In this document: piece by piece, positions 28,501 through 37,330 of the stretch
How positions within the stretch are numbered: the first letter of the stretch is position 1
Layout: each line of letters opens with the position of its first letter
Virus record (IMG/VR): IMGVR_UViG_3300021335_000009
Coordinates: 1-64,000 of that record
From: a virus
Length of the DNA stretch: 64,000 nt
Strand: one strand, 5' to 3'
Program-made: the position numbers and the translations under genes
Notes under the pieces: generated by a model
What the model was told of the DNA's origin: nothing
Seen by the model: the letters and a program-made list of their open reading frames with translations, nothing else
Database searches by the model: none

Positions 28501-30668
28501 CATCTTTAGACACTTCAGTTACAAAAATTCTTGCTTTTCAGCTTGCGATGTCAGGCTTAACTAGCACGATAACAGATCAAGACGGAAAATTTGCAACTAT
28601 TGGCAAAGAAATGTCTGGATTAGTAAATACCCTTCTTACTTTGCAGCTATTAGGAGCTGCTCCAAAAATACCTAAATTTGGAGGAAAAGAAGGTGGGAGC
28701 GTTTTAACAAAAACAAAAGAATTTGGCAAAAAAATTTTTAACAATAAGCCTATTTTGCAAGCGGGGGTTTCTTTTAAAACTTTAGCTTCAAATTTTGCAA
28801 AATTTGTTCCTGTTTTAGGGGGGCTTGTATTAGCCGCACAGGGCTTAAGTTCTGTTTTTAAAGTTTTTACTGGAAAAGGTATTTTAGAAGCTTTTGGATC
28901 TGAAGTTAAAAAAGCTTCTGATAATATAGAAGAATTTTCTAAAACAATAAGTTCTCAAAACGAAAAACAATTAAAATCAACAATAGAAGAAAAGCAAAAT
29001 CTTGTAAACTCTTTAATAAAAAGGCAAACAAAACTTCAAAACGAAGCCAATTTGCAAGAAAAACAAACAACAAAACAAAGAGTGTCATCTTTTGAGCAAA
29101 GAAAAGAAAGAAGTCGAAATCTTGAGCAAAAACAAATAGCCGAAGAATTAAAAAAAGCTACAGAAGAACTAGAAATAGTTAGACAAAGATTTAAAGATAT
29201 AAATTTAAGCTCCAAAACAGAAGGAGAACTTAAGAGTATAATTCAAGAAAGAAAAAATCTTGTTGAAGCTTTAAAACAACAACAACAAAATCTTGTTCAA
29301 ATTATATCAATTCCAAAAACAGGCCCAACAAAAGGGAAAAGAAAAGGAGTTAGCGTTCCTTTATCAGAAAGCCAGATTACCGCTAGCGCACAATTAAAAG
29401 AGGTTGAAGTAAAATTAAAAAAAGCTGAACAATCTTTATCGCTTGCAGAAAAAACCCAAGAAAAACAATCTAATGATTTAAAGTTGGCTTTAGGAGTTTC
29501 AAAAAGACTTCAAAAAGGGGCTGTTCCAAAAGGAAAGCTTAGTGTAGAAGGTGTTGGAGCTTCAGGAGCAACAGGAGATAGAAAAAAGTTATTAACAGAA
29601 GAATTAAACCTAGCCAAAGCCGCAGGAACAATTGACAAAATTAATACAGAAAACAGAATAGCTCAGTTAAAATTTGAAATAGAAAAAAGAAAAGAAGGTT
29701 TCAAAATTACACAAGATTTTGTGAAAGCATTAGCAGAAGCGGATAATCTTAGCTTAGAAGCTCAAGAAATTATTGATGCTAGAGTGGCTGCTGGAGATAA
29801 CCTACTTGCAATACAAGAAGAGCTTAACGAAAAAAATATTGAATTAACTGATAAAGTTAAAGAAGTTTTAGATTTAGGAATAGGACAACAAAAACAATTA
29901 GATTTAAGACTCGCCGCAAAACAAGAAGAGGTAAACTTACAAAAGGAAATAAACGACCTAGGAAGAGACACTTCTTTTACAGGCGGATTAACAAAAGGAT
30001 TTAAAGACCTTGAAAATAAAATAAAATTTTTCAAAAAAGATCTTGGGGAAGATATTCCTTTGCAGTTTGCTGACGGACTAGGAAACGCTTTAACTCAAGC
30101 AATTACTCAAGCTGAAACTCTTGGAGATGCATTGTCTCAAGCAGGAAGAGACTTTTTGGGTTACATGGTAGAAGCTTTTGCCCAACAAGCTGCTATGCAG
30201 GCCGTTTCAGGAATAAAAAGTTTAATCCCTGGTTTTTCAAATGGGGGGTCAGTAAGAGGGTATGCAACTGGAGGATTTATAAATTCATCAAACAGCTCAA
30301 TAGCTCCTAGCGACACTGTTCCAGCAATGCTGACTCCTGGAGAATTTGTAATCAAAAAATCTTCTGTTGATAAATACGGAGCTTCTTTTTTATCAAGCTT
30401 AAACGAAGGAACTTTACCAATGAAAGGATTTAATAACGGAGGGTCTGTTTCAATGATCTCTCCAGAAGCAGGGGCTCCAACTAGAGAATCTATAACAAAT
30501 CATTCTGAATTTACTTTTAATATAGAAAAGGGCAGCGCAAAATCTGAACAAGGATCTATCGAAAACGAGCAAGATTTAGCGTTTTCTAAAAAAATAAAAC
30601 AAGCAGTAACAACAATTGTTCAAGAAGAATCTAGAAGAGGTGGATCTTTAAATTACTTATACAGATAA
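25575..30668 (+). CDS. Tail tape measure protein (TP901-like core)
   Basis: 1697 aa; ELARQG, GAVIGNAFKTIFARL, AGVRQ core; C-terminal SDTVPAMLTPGEFVI motif. Confidence 0.9.
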   Translation: MSVQVGVSLSPVDTRKVDAALVRIQSAAKGVSFGGGAKSIEKLSRPLGKITGQATEFQKSLEASNARVIAFGASVAVINKLSEAFAALVQNTVKVEATFAKINIILGGTQQQLEEFGNGIFSVAKKTATSFDEVAEGALELARQGLGVEESLSRVETALKLVRVSGIDSKQAVEGLTAAVKGFSDSGITVAQIADKLAEVDTKFAVSTEDLINGLERASASARVAGVSFDELLAAVTTVQERTQRGGAVIGNAFKTIFARLGRVDTLAVLEDLGINVLDVQGNVRAAVPLFEELAAKLEGIGLKSVEAGKIIQEVAGVRQRDILISLIEDLNSGQSQFAAALNVSATAAGGLDKKNESLNKTLEALINNLTVGSQKLASVIGDLGFTESAKDILKAISSVVNGITDLLKGDSVGAKFAQGIVKGIGSILTGPGIALIGAIFVKLFVDLTRFGANSLKNILGVNKAAQEQKALQSSVLQTLLQNENIQKEILNLEGNKVAQEQLLLRIYNDQIKALEKVKKAAATVTPGLFAAGLKGGEKGVTKRAADGYIASEKRDVANGVGGAPSSAKVVSIPNFAFGGGKKGTMIANTSEYYVPNYAGGGDAIFNQDMVKTMGLPAGAKKINAAGGFIPNFSIYSDLLKRAQDRKRGIDSSIASNLRKNKITQKEAEELTKIAQDARSGAAPSIAVQQKQREKKKEEKEASTLFDRRTLMIIPRKSKKLQDEYGIHKGRRVGFKVAGYDSYEQAKGKLLNDEEIDRKLENFALNLANSESAKIGSPIKPERLREIPNKGALSALSGVIFEASLASIIKSKDFVTNNARFDFVGKDKASKLRKSLFSTIPNTATHIDAKIRPSKDNNESFASKVLSLNASKGYIPNFASNPLEDAIAREKAAGLPINQIRINQSGKLRNSQNPMGLAVTNTRDEPTGRIPNFAQMSLEEAKKNMSPKQILSGFAGTQAKLDFADELSKSAEKASSSLDTSVTKILAFQLAMSGLTSTITDQDGKFATIGKEMSGLVNTLLTLQLLGAAPKIPKFGGKEGGSVLTKTKEFGKKIFNNKPILQAGVSFKTLASNFAKFVPVLGGLVLAAQGLSSVFKVFTGKGILEAFGSEVKKASDNIEEFSKTISSQNEKQLKSTIEEKQNLVNSLIKRQTKLQNEANLQEKQTTKQRVSSFEQRKERSRNLEQKQIAEELKKATEELEIVRQRFKDINLSSKTEGELKSIIQERKNLVEALKQQQQNLVQIISIPKTGPTKGKRKGVSVPLSESQITASAQLKEVEVKLKKAEQSLSLAEKTQEKQSNDLKLALGVSKRLQKGAVPKGKLSVEGVGASGATGDRKKLLTEELNLAKAAGTIDKINTENRIAQLKFEIEKRKEGFKITQDFVKALAEADNLSLEAQEIIDARVAAGDNLLAIQEELNEKNIELTDKVKEVLDLGIGQQKQLDLRLAAKQEEVNLQKEINDLGRDTSFTGGLTKGFKDLENKIKFFKKDLGEDIPLQFADGLGNALTQAITQAETLGDALSQAGRDFLGYMVEAFAQQAAMQAVSGIKSLIPGFSNGGSVRGYATGGFINSSNSSIAPSDTVPAMLTPGEFVIKKSSVDKYGASFLSSLNEGTLPMKGFNNGGSVSMISPEAGAPTRESITNHSEFTFNIEKGSAKSEQGSIENEQDLAFSKKIKQAVTTIVQEESRRGGSLNYLYR

Positions 30669-31711
30669 TGAGTTTAAATTTTGCAGTTTACGACAGAGAT
30701 CAAAACGTAAGTGGAGATGTCCAACCTTTTTCTTTTGTACCAGAGTATGAATCTTCTATTATTTTTAATTATAAGAATCCATATTCTTATGCATCGGACA
30801 ATCACTATATTAAAAATTGTAAAAATTTAAACAATACCAGTTTATCTTTTGATTTAAAATTCACAAACAAGACTGAAGAAGAAGCTAAATCATTTTTGCA
30901 CCTATTAGAAAATACTCATTTAGAGGCTAATGGGATTTTAAACTTCAATCAACTCACTAATCAAAATGTAGAGTTGGCATTTCCAACAGGAAATATTTAC
31001 AAAAACTTATCTGGATTTTTGATTAATGATTACTCATTCCAGTATAATAAAAACTTATTAGACATAGATTTAAGTTTACAAAAAAATGGATACTCTTATT
31101 TGTTTGATTGGGGCGGGTCTTCTTATTTAAATACTGACAACTTTAACACAGGATGGTCTACAGGAGTTTCTTATGAAAAGTTTGATGTCATATATTACCC
31201 AGAGTACGTAACGGGCTCTAACCCTAATTTTTATCCAAAGACGAACAGAATAGAAAAGTTTTACTATTGCAATTCTGACCACTTATCGTCAGAAGACAAT
31301 AGCCCAACTGGAATAAATGGAAATGTTTGGAGCAGATCTTTTTTTTACGATATAGATGACGGCATTTCTATTTCTACAGATAGGTCTAATTCTGTTTATG
31401 ATGATAATTATTCATTTTCTCAATTTAACAAAAAAAACGCAAACGAGGGTTTAATAAAAGACCTGAAAATTTCTTTAAAAAATAGATCAGATAAAGAAAC
31501 AAGATCCATAATTCATTTTATGGAAAAACATGAAAATTCTTTACCTTTTGAGTTAAAACTTACGCAACTTTACGTAAAGAAAAAGTTTTTTATCGCAAAA
31601 CAAATGAAACATACATTTGTTTATAAAGACTGTAATACTATCGAAATAGTGTTAGATGAAATTTTAAAATTTAAAGAAGACCAACTTTTAGATTCTTTTT
31701 ATGTCAGTTAA
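30668..31711 (+). CDS. Distal/minor tail protein
   Basis: Overlaps TMP stop; duplicated 'F.N.T..EA..FL..LE' distal-tail-like motif. Confidence 0.55.
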   Translation: MSLNFAVYDRDQNVSGDVQPFSFVPEYESSIIFNYKNPYSYASDNHYIKNCKNLNNTSLSFDLKFTNKTEEEAKSFLHLLENTHLEANGILNFNQLTNQNVELAFPTGNIYKNLSGFLINDYSFQYNKNLLDIDLSLQKNGYSYLFDWGGSSYLNTDNFNTGWSTGVSYEKFDVIYYPEYVTGSNPNFYPKTNRIEKFYYCNSDHLSSEDNSPTGINGNVWSRSFFYDIDDGISISTDRSNSVYDDNYSFSQFNKKNANEGLIKDLKISLKNRSDKETRSIIHFMEKHENSLPFELKLTQLYVKKKFFIAKQMKHTFVYKDCNTIEIVLDEILKFKEDQLLDSFYVS

Positions 31712-32828
31712 TTTAGACAGACCTATTATAACATACGAAACATCTGCTTTTTTTCAAAGTAGCAGCCCGTCGTATGATTTAGCTTCAAACAGTGGAGAAA
31801 ACTTATCGTTTGTTCCTTTTGTTCAGGGCGTTGATTTTTCTTTTGATGTTCCTATGGATAGCGTAGCGTCAATAGGGACAAAAAGCTTCATAAATAGATC
31901 AAATACAATTTCTCCAGATATTAATTTTTCAATTAAAACTTTAGAAAATTTTGAGCACTTGTTTTCTAATTTGTTTGTTAGCGGGGCAATAAAAGATGAT
32001 TTAGACGATGATACAAATTTTTATGCAGTGATTGGAGATAAAAAAGGATTTGATGTGTCAAATCGAAGTTTGTCTGGAATTGATGTTTTGGGGTTTGGAA
32101 ATTGTTTTTTAAAAAATGTACAAATTTCTCAATCAATAAATGGTTTAATGACTTCCAATTACTCGTTTACGGCAAGTAATATTCAAGCACAAAAATTAGA
32201 ACAAAATGGCAATTTTTTTAGTGGGGATTGCCCAGCTATTAATTTAACAGGAGACCAAAAACAAGAAACAAAAGTTTTGTTTAATGAGATTGACGATTAC
32301 TACACTGGAGAAAGTAGCGGAATTATTCCTTCTTACTCTACTAATGTTTTAATTAGCGGTAGCGATTCTGTAGGTAGTTTTTTAGTAAAAACAGAAACCG
32401 TGCAAAATTTTAATCTTAATTTAGAAATACAAAGAAAACCTATTTACTCTATAGGCAAAAAATACCCATTAACGAGAAAATCAGTATTTCCAAGCGAAAA
32501 TTTATTTACTTTTTCTTCTAAAGTTTCAGATTTTGAAGTAAACGAAGAAAGATCTAATTTAAAAAATTTTTTAAATTTAAACGATAATTATACTTTAAAT
32601 ATAAGCGGCCAAAATAAAAGCGGAGAGGTTTTTGATTATGTTATTAAAAATGCAAAACTAGCTTCTAAAAACAACGCTATTTCAATAGAAGGAGATTTTG
32701 AAACAACTTTGAATTTTAAATTTGAGATTAATGAATTCAAAAGAAAAAATCATTTTCTTAAATTAGCAGATGGAGGGTTTTTGCTACAGCAAAATTTTTC
32801 AAAATTAATTACAAAACGAAACGCCTAG
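31701..32828 (+). CDS. Tail-tube-like minor tail protein
   Basis: Motifs parallel to the 20423-21562 gene (VQ...FSF.VP, G.GNCFL..., VQ..NL...I.R.PI..IG). Confidence 0.5.
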   Translation: MSVNLDRPIITYETSAFFQSSSPSYDLASNSGENLSFVPFVQGVDFSFDVPMDSVASIGTKSFINRSNTISPDINFSIKTLENFEHLFSNLFVSGAIKDDLDDDTNFYAVIGDKKGFDVSNRSLSGIDVLGFGNCFLKNVQISQSINGLMTSNYSFTASNIQAQKLEQNGNFFSGDCPAINLTGDQKQETKVLFNEIDDYYTGESSGIIPSYSTNVLISGSDSVGSFLVKTETVQNFNLNLEIQRKPIYSIGKKYPLTRKSVFPSENLFTFSSKVSDFEVNEERSNLKNFLNLNDNYTLNISGQNKSGEVFDYVIKNAKLASKNNAISIEGDFETTLNFKFEINEFKRKNHFLKLADGGFLLQQNFSKLITKRNA

Positions 32829-32843
32829 TGTAATACAATAAAC

Positions 32844-34826
32844 ATGAGCAACGAAAGAGACAAAACAATTTTAGAACTTGTAGAACTCACTTCGGTAGAT
32901 AAAGTAAATGATTTTATTCCTATTGTAGAGCAAGCGTCCAATGAGACAAAAAAAGTTTCAGCATCTAACTTGCCAGTATCGACAGCGCAGCAGACAGCGC
33001 TTGACTTAAAAGCAGATGATGCAGATTTAACAGCGCACACTGGCAACACAAGCAACCCGCACAGCGTTACAGCAACGCAGGTGGGGCTTGGCAATGTGGA
33101 TAATACAAGCGACGCTGACAAGCCAGTAAGCACGGCACAGCAGGCGGCGCTAGACCTAAAAGCGGACGATGCAGATTTAACTTCACACACTGGCAACACA
33201 AGCAACCCGCACAGCGTCACAGCGGCGCAGGTGGGTCTTGGCAACGTGGACAACACAAGCGACGCTGACAAACCAGTGAGCACGGCACAGCAGACAGCGC
33301 TGGATTTGAAAGCAGATGCAACGGCATTGACGACGGAAACAAATGCGCGGATCGACGCTGACAACCGCAGAGAGTTTGCGGGTGGGGTGGCTTTGGATGG
33401 AGCGAGCGGATTATTTAATGTGCAGTCTTTAGCGGGAGCTACTGCGATTGATCAAACGCCGACAATATCTTTTAATTGGGATGCTCAAAACACTAATAAT
33501 AATCAAAGAATTGTAAATTTTGGAAATTGGCCTGTTTCGGGTGGGTTTTCAATCAATGCTTTTTCTTCTAATGTAAAACAAATATATTTTAATTTCAAAC
33601 AAAGTGGATCTAATAATGATTATTCACAATTTGTTTCTGATTCAAATGTATTTGATTTTGGCAAAATTGTACAAATCACTGCCATAATAAATCCATTAGG
33701 CCCGACACTTTATATTAATGGGTCATTAGTTAATTTAACTCAACTAACTGCACCGAATGGAACTTACGGTGAAGGGTCAACTAATTTATATATAGGCAAC
33801 TCAGAAACTTCTGTTTTAAACAGATACACTAAAGGCAGCATTTCCAACGTTGCCATATTCAACACCGCCTTAACCGCAACCCAAGCTGCCGAGCTATACC
33901 AGCAAGGGCTGCAACCTTGGCTCGCGGCAAATCCTGAGTATCGGCGGGGCTTGTCAGATCCAACTTATCAATCAGATTTTAGTTCTGGAACTGACGGTTG
34001 GGGTGGATTAGGTGATGAAGACGGAGTTACAGTTTCTCAAAACAGCACTGGAATCGGTGGAGAAATTAATACTCTTGTAGCAACAGTTGACACAAGCAAC
34101 GGAGTTCATGTGTTTTGGGATGATTTAGACCGCTACAATGGAACAGGATTATTCAAAATTAAATTTGATGTATATATACCTAGCAGTCAAAATATAAAGG
34201 GAGTACAAGTTTTAGTATCTTCAGGAGGATCAAATGTTTTTCAACCTACTTTAAATCCTACGTTGGACTCTTGGACTACATACCAAAGCAATGAGTTTAT
34301 AAGGACGGCAGCCGATTCTAATAGAATACTTTTTTATTTAAGAGATGAAAACGGGCGTGAATTTACAGGAAACGGAACAGATTTTGCACATTTTAAAAAC
34401 ATTGAAATAACGCAACTTGGCTCACTAGCAACCTTGCCACTAAACGACGACTGCCGACAGCTAAAAGACATCAGCGGCAACCGCAACGACGCAACGGCCA
34501 GCGAGTCAGGAGTCACGCATTTGAAGCAAGCAAACCAGCACTCATTCCGAGACGATCACGCCGACGGCACAGGCGGCAGCTACTTGATTGCCAATGCTGA
34601 CATACTCGCAGAAAATGAAGTCATAACAGGCGTGACAGTGGACGGCAGATTTCATGCAGCCAGCGGGGACCAGGACTTAACAAAGCGCAGGATCAAGCTA
34701 GAAGATCACGGCTCGCACGTTGACATCAAACGATCAAACGGCACGACAGACGATGCAGCAATTGCGGTGACAAATCCAAGCGATGGAACTGACTTTGCAA
34801 TCACAGTATTAACTCAACGCATTTAG
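32844..34826 (+). CDS. Tail fibre/receptor-binding protein with LamG/concanavalin-like domain
   Basis: Two HTGNTSNPHSVTA.QVGLGNVDNTSDADKPVSTAQQ repeats; LYING...LYIG...GSISNVAIFNTALT LamG motif. Confidence 0.75.
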   Translation: MSNERDKTILELVELTSVDKVNDFIPIVEQASNETKKVSASNLPVSTAQQTALDLKADDADLTAHTGNTSNPHSVTATQVGLGNVDNTSDADKPVSTAQQAALDLKADDADLTSHTGNTSNPHSVTAAQVGLGNVDNTSDADKPVSTAQQTALDLKADATALTTETNARIDADNRREFAGGVALDGASGLFNVQSLAGATAIDQTPTISFNWDAQNTNNNQRIVNFGNWPVSGGFSINAFSSNVKQIYFNFKQSGSNNDYSQFVSDSNVFDFGKIVQITAIINPLGPTLYINGSLVNLTQLTAPNGTYGEGSTNLYIGNSETSVLNRYTKGSISNVAIFNTALTATQAAELYQQGLQPWLAANPEYRRGLSDPTYQSDFSSGTDGWGGLGDEDGVTVSQNSTGIGGEINTLVATVDTSNGVHVFWDDLDRYNGTGLFKIKFDVYIPSSQNIKGVQVLVSSGGSNVFQPTLNPTLDSWTTYQSNEFIRTAADSNRILFYLRDENGREFTGNGTDFAHFKNIEITQLGSLATLPLNDDCRQLKDISGNRNDATASESGVTHLKQANQHSFRDDHADGTGGSYLIANADILAENEVITGVTVDGRFHAASGDQDLTKRRIKLEDHGSHVDIKRSNGTTDDAAIAVTNPSDGTDFAITVLTQRI

Positions 34827-34828
34827 AT

Positions 34829-35071
34829 ATGGAGCTATCAAAAATCAATCAAATCGGATTTTATTTCAGAAAGTCTAATTGTGAATGGACCGTACGACAC
34901 GATCCAGACACATTTCCTAATAATTTTACATTTGATGATTTTAACATGGAAGCGCTAGAAGTATCGGGCGCAGTACCAAGCGAAACCGAGGGCGAATATT
35001 TAGAGCTAGTGGTTGCATTTACACCAGAACAGGTCGAGGCAGCAAAACAAACTATATATTCAGAAATTTAA
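34829..35071 (+). CDS. Small hypothetical protein (possible fibre chaperone)
   Basis: 80 aa directly after fibre gene. Confidence 0.55.
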   Translation: MELSKINQIGFYFRKSNCEWTVRHDPDTFPNNFTFDDFNMEALEVSGAVPSETEGEYLELVVAFTPEQVEAAKQTIYSEI

Positions 35072-35096
35072 TTTATTTTTAGTGTAATAATAAAAA

Positions 35097-36527
35097 ATGA
35101 GCGACAAAAAAATTTCTCAACTTACAGAGCTAACTTCGGTAGATGGAGTAAATGACTTTATTCCTATCGTAGACTCAAGTTCGAGCGAGACAAAAAAAGT
35201 CTCTCCGTCTAACTTGCCAGTATCGACAGAACAACAGACGGCGCTTGACTTAAAAGCGAATGATGCAGATTTAACAGCGCACACTAACAACACAAGCAAC
35301 CCGCACAGCGTCACAGCGGCGCAAGTGGGTCTTAGCAATGTGGACAACACAAGCGACACTAACAAGCCTGTATCAACAATACAGCAGACGGCGCTTGACT
35401 TAAAGTCTGACGTTACAGAACTAAATGACGAGATCGATGCTCGTAAAGCTCAATCTTTTCCTTATACTGTAGATTTTCAATCTGGAGTTAGTCAAAAAAG
35501 AGATTTGAGCAGTATTACATCTTCAGATGGGTATTATTACAATTCAAATCTTACTAGCATTTATGTGGGAAGTAATGTGACTTCGATTGGGAGTAATGCT
35601 TTTAGAGGCTGCTCAAGCCTTACCAGTATAACTATTCCTGATGGTGTGACTTCGATTGGGAGTTATGCTTTTGGATACTGCTCAAGTCTTACCAGTATAA
35701 CTATTCCTGATAGTGTGACTTCGATTGGGGATTATGCTTTTGGATACTGCTCAAGTCTTACCAGTATAACTATTCCTGATAGTGTGACTTCGATTGGGGA
35801 TTATGCTTTTAGGAACTGCTCTAGCCTTACCAGTATAACTATTCCTGATAGTGTGACTTCGATTGGGAGTGGTGCTTTTTATTCCTGCTCAAGCCTTACC
35901 AGTATAACTATTCCTGATAGTGTGACTTCGATTGGGATTTATGCTTTTGGCGGCTGCTCAAGCCTTACCAGTATAAATATTCCTGATAGTGTGACTTCGA
36001 TTGGGAGTGGTGCTTTTAGCATCTGCCCAAACCTTACCAGTATAAATATTCCTGATAGTGTGACTTCGATTGGGGGTTATACTTTTTACGGCTGCTCAAG
36101 CCTTACCAGTATAAATATTCCTGATAGTGTGACTTCGATTGGGAGTTCTGCTTTTTTCTCCTGCTCAAGCCTTACCAGTATAAATATTCCTGATGGTGTG
36201 ACTTCGATTGGGAATTATACTTTTTACGGCTGCTCAAGCCTTACCAGTATAAATATTCCTGATAGTGTGACTTCGATTGGGAGTTCTGCTTTTTTCTCCT
36301 GCTCAAGCCTTACCAGTATAAATATTCCTGATGGTGTGACTTCGATTGGGAATGGTGCTTTTAGCAGCTGCTCAAGTCTTGCTACAATTAACTGTTTAGC
36401 TACAACTGCTCCTAGTTTAGGTTCTAACGTTTTTCAAAGCGTGTCAGCAACTCAAATACACGTTCCCGCAGGAGCCACTGGATACGGAACTACTTATGGA
36501 GGATTGACAGTTGTTGCAGATTTGTAG
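35097..36527 (+). CDS. Tail fibre with BspA/TpLRR (LRR_5) repeats
   Basis: MSDKKISQL anchor shared with 32844 gene; 12 x 23-aa IPDSVTSIGxxAFxxCSSLTSI repeats. Confidence 0.85.
   Translation: MSDKKISQLTELTSVDGVNDFIPIVDSSSSETKKVSPSNLPVSTEQQTALDLKANDADLTAHTNNTSNPHSVTAAQVGLSNVDNTSDTNKPVSTIQQTALDLKSDVTELNDEIDARKAQSFPYTVDFQSGVSQKRDLSSITSSDGYYYNSNLTSIYVGSNVTSIGSNAFRGCSSLTSITIPDGVTSIGSYAFGYCSSLTSITIPDSVTSIGDYAFGYCSSLTSITIPDSVTSIGDYAFRNCSSLTSITIPDSVTSIGSGAFYSCSSLTSITIPDSVTSIGIYAFGGCSSLTSINIPDSVTSIGSGAFSICPNLTSINIPDSVTSIGGYTFYGCSSLTSINIPDSVTSIGSSAFFSCSSLTSINIPDGVTSIGNYTFYGCSSLTSINIPDSVTSIGSSAFFSCSSLTSINIPDGVTSIGNGAFSSCSSLATINCLATTAPSLGSNVFQSVSATQIHVPAGATGYGTTYGGLTVVADL
35577..36390 (+). repeat. About 12 tandem 69-bp LRR-coding repeats
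   Basis: GTGACTTCGATTGGG recurs every 69 nt. Confidence 0.95.
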
Positions 36528-36530
36528 TTT

Positions 36531-36941
36531 TTAAAAAGAGATATTTATTCCTTTTTTTTCTGCCTTTTTTTTCACTTTTTCAAAAATTTCTTTTTGTTTT
36601 TGCGGGTGAGTTTTGCCATTAGTCATTTTAGAATAGTCGGAATAGTATTTTTCTTTTACGGGGTCTTTCCCATGTATTTCGGATCTTTTTTGTGAAGCTT
36701 CTTCACTTCTTTTAAAAAGATCTCCATAACTATCTTTTTTGTTTATAGTAGACTGCTTGAATGATTCTTTGTTAAATGGATCAACCTTTGTATCGCAAGA
36801 TACATTAGGATTAACATAAATACGCCTCCAGAGCCCTTTCTCTGTTTTGTCCTCCCCATGATACTCGTGAACATCTTTCATTCCTTGAAAGACTTCTCTG
36901 ACTTCTCCAGTTTTTTTATTTTCGTAAATGTATAGAGGCAT
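36531..36941 (-). CDS. FmdB-like regulatory protein (Cys-less variant)
   Basis: MPLYIYENKKTGEVREVFQGMKD N-terminus matches FmdB pattern without zinc cysteines. Confidence 0.55.
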   Translation of the reverse strand: MPLYIYENKKTGEVREVFQGMKDVHEYHGEDKTEKGLWRRIYVNPNVSCDTKVDPFNKESFKQSTINKKDSYGDLFKRSEEASQKRSEIHGKDPVKEKYYSDYSKMTNGKTHPQKQKEIFEKVKKKAEKKGINISF

Positions 36942-36955
36942 GATAAGTTAATAAA

Positions 36956-37300
36956 TTATGATATAGGAATTTGAAAATCTTTTGAAAGTTTTGATTTAGG
37001 AATTTTAATTTCTAAAATGCCATTTTTAAGTTTTGAAGAAATTTCAGAAACCTCTACATAGTTAGGATCAATTTTGACAGAATAAACTTCGATTGGTTTT
37101 TGTTTTTCGTTATTAATCCATATTCTTAAAATGCTTTTACGCACATTAGCTACAATCTCTTTAGAAGAAAAGCCTACAATTACACATTTAATCAAAAAGT
37201 AATCTTCTTCTTCTTTTGTTAGCGCGGGTCCAAGATAGCCTTTTCCATGTTTTAAAAGACTATGCTCATTTTGAATTTCATTAAATAGATTCATATTCAT
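36956..37300 (-). CDS. Small heat-shock protein (Hsp20-like)
   Basis: GFSSKEI, ISSKLKNGILEIKIPK alpha-crystallin motifs. Confidence 0.75.
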   Translation of the reverse strand: MNMNLFNEIQNEHSLLKHGKGYLGPALTKEEEDYFLIKCVIVGFSSKEIVANVRKSILRIWINNEKQKPIEVYSVKIDPNYVEVSEISSKLKNGILEIKIPKSKLSKDFQIPIS

Positions 37301-37311
37301 AAAAAAATAAA

Positions 37312-37328
37312 TGCAAAATAAATGCCAA
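37312..37328 (-). promoter_or_regulatory. Sigma54 (-24/-12) promoter of hsp20
   Basis: TTGGCATTTATTTTGCA: GG-N10-GC, 12 nt before ATG. Confidence 0.7.
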
Positions 37329-37330
37329 TT

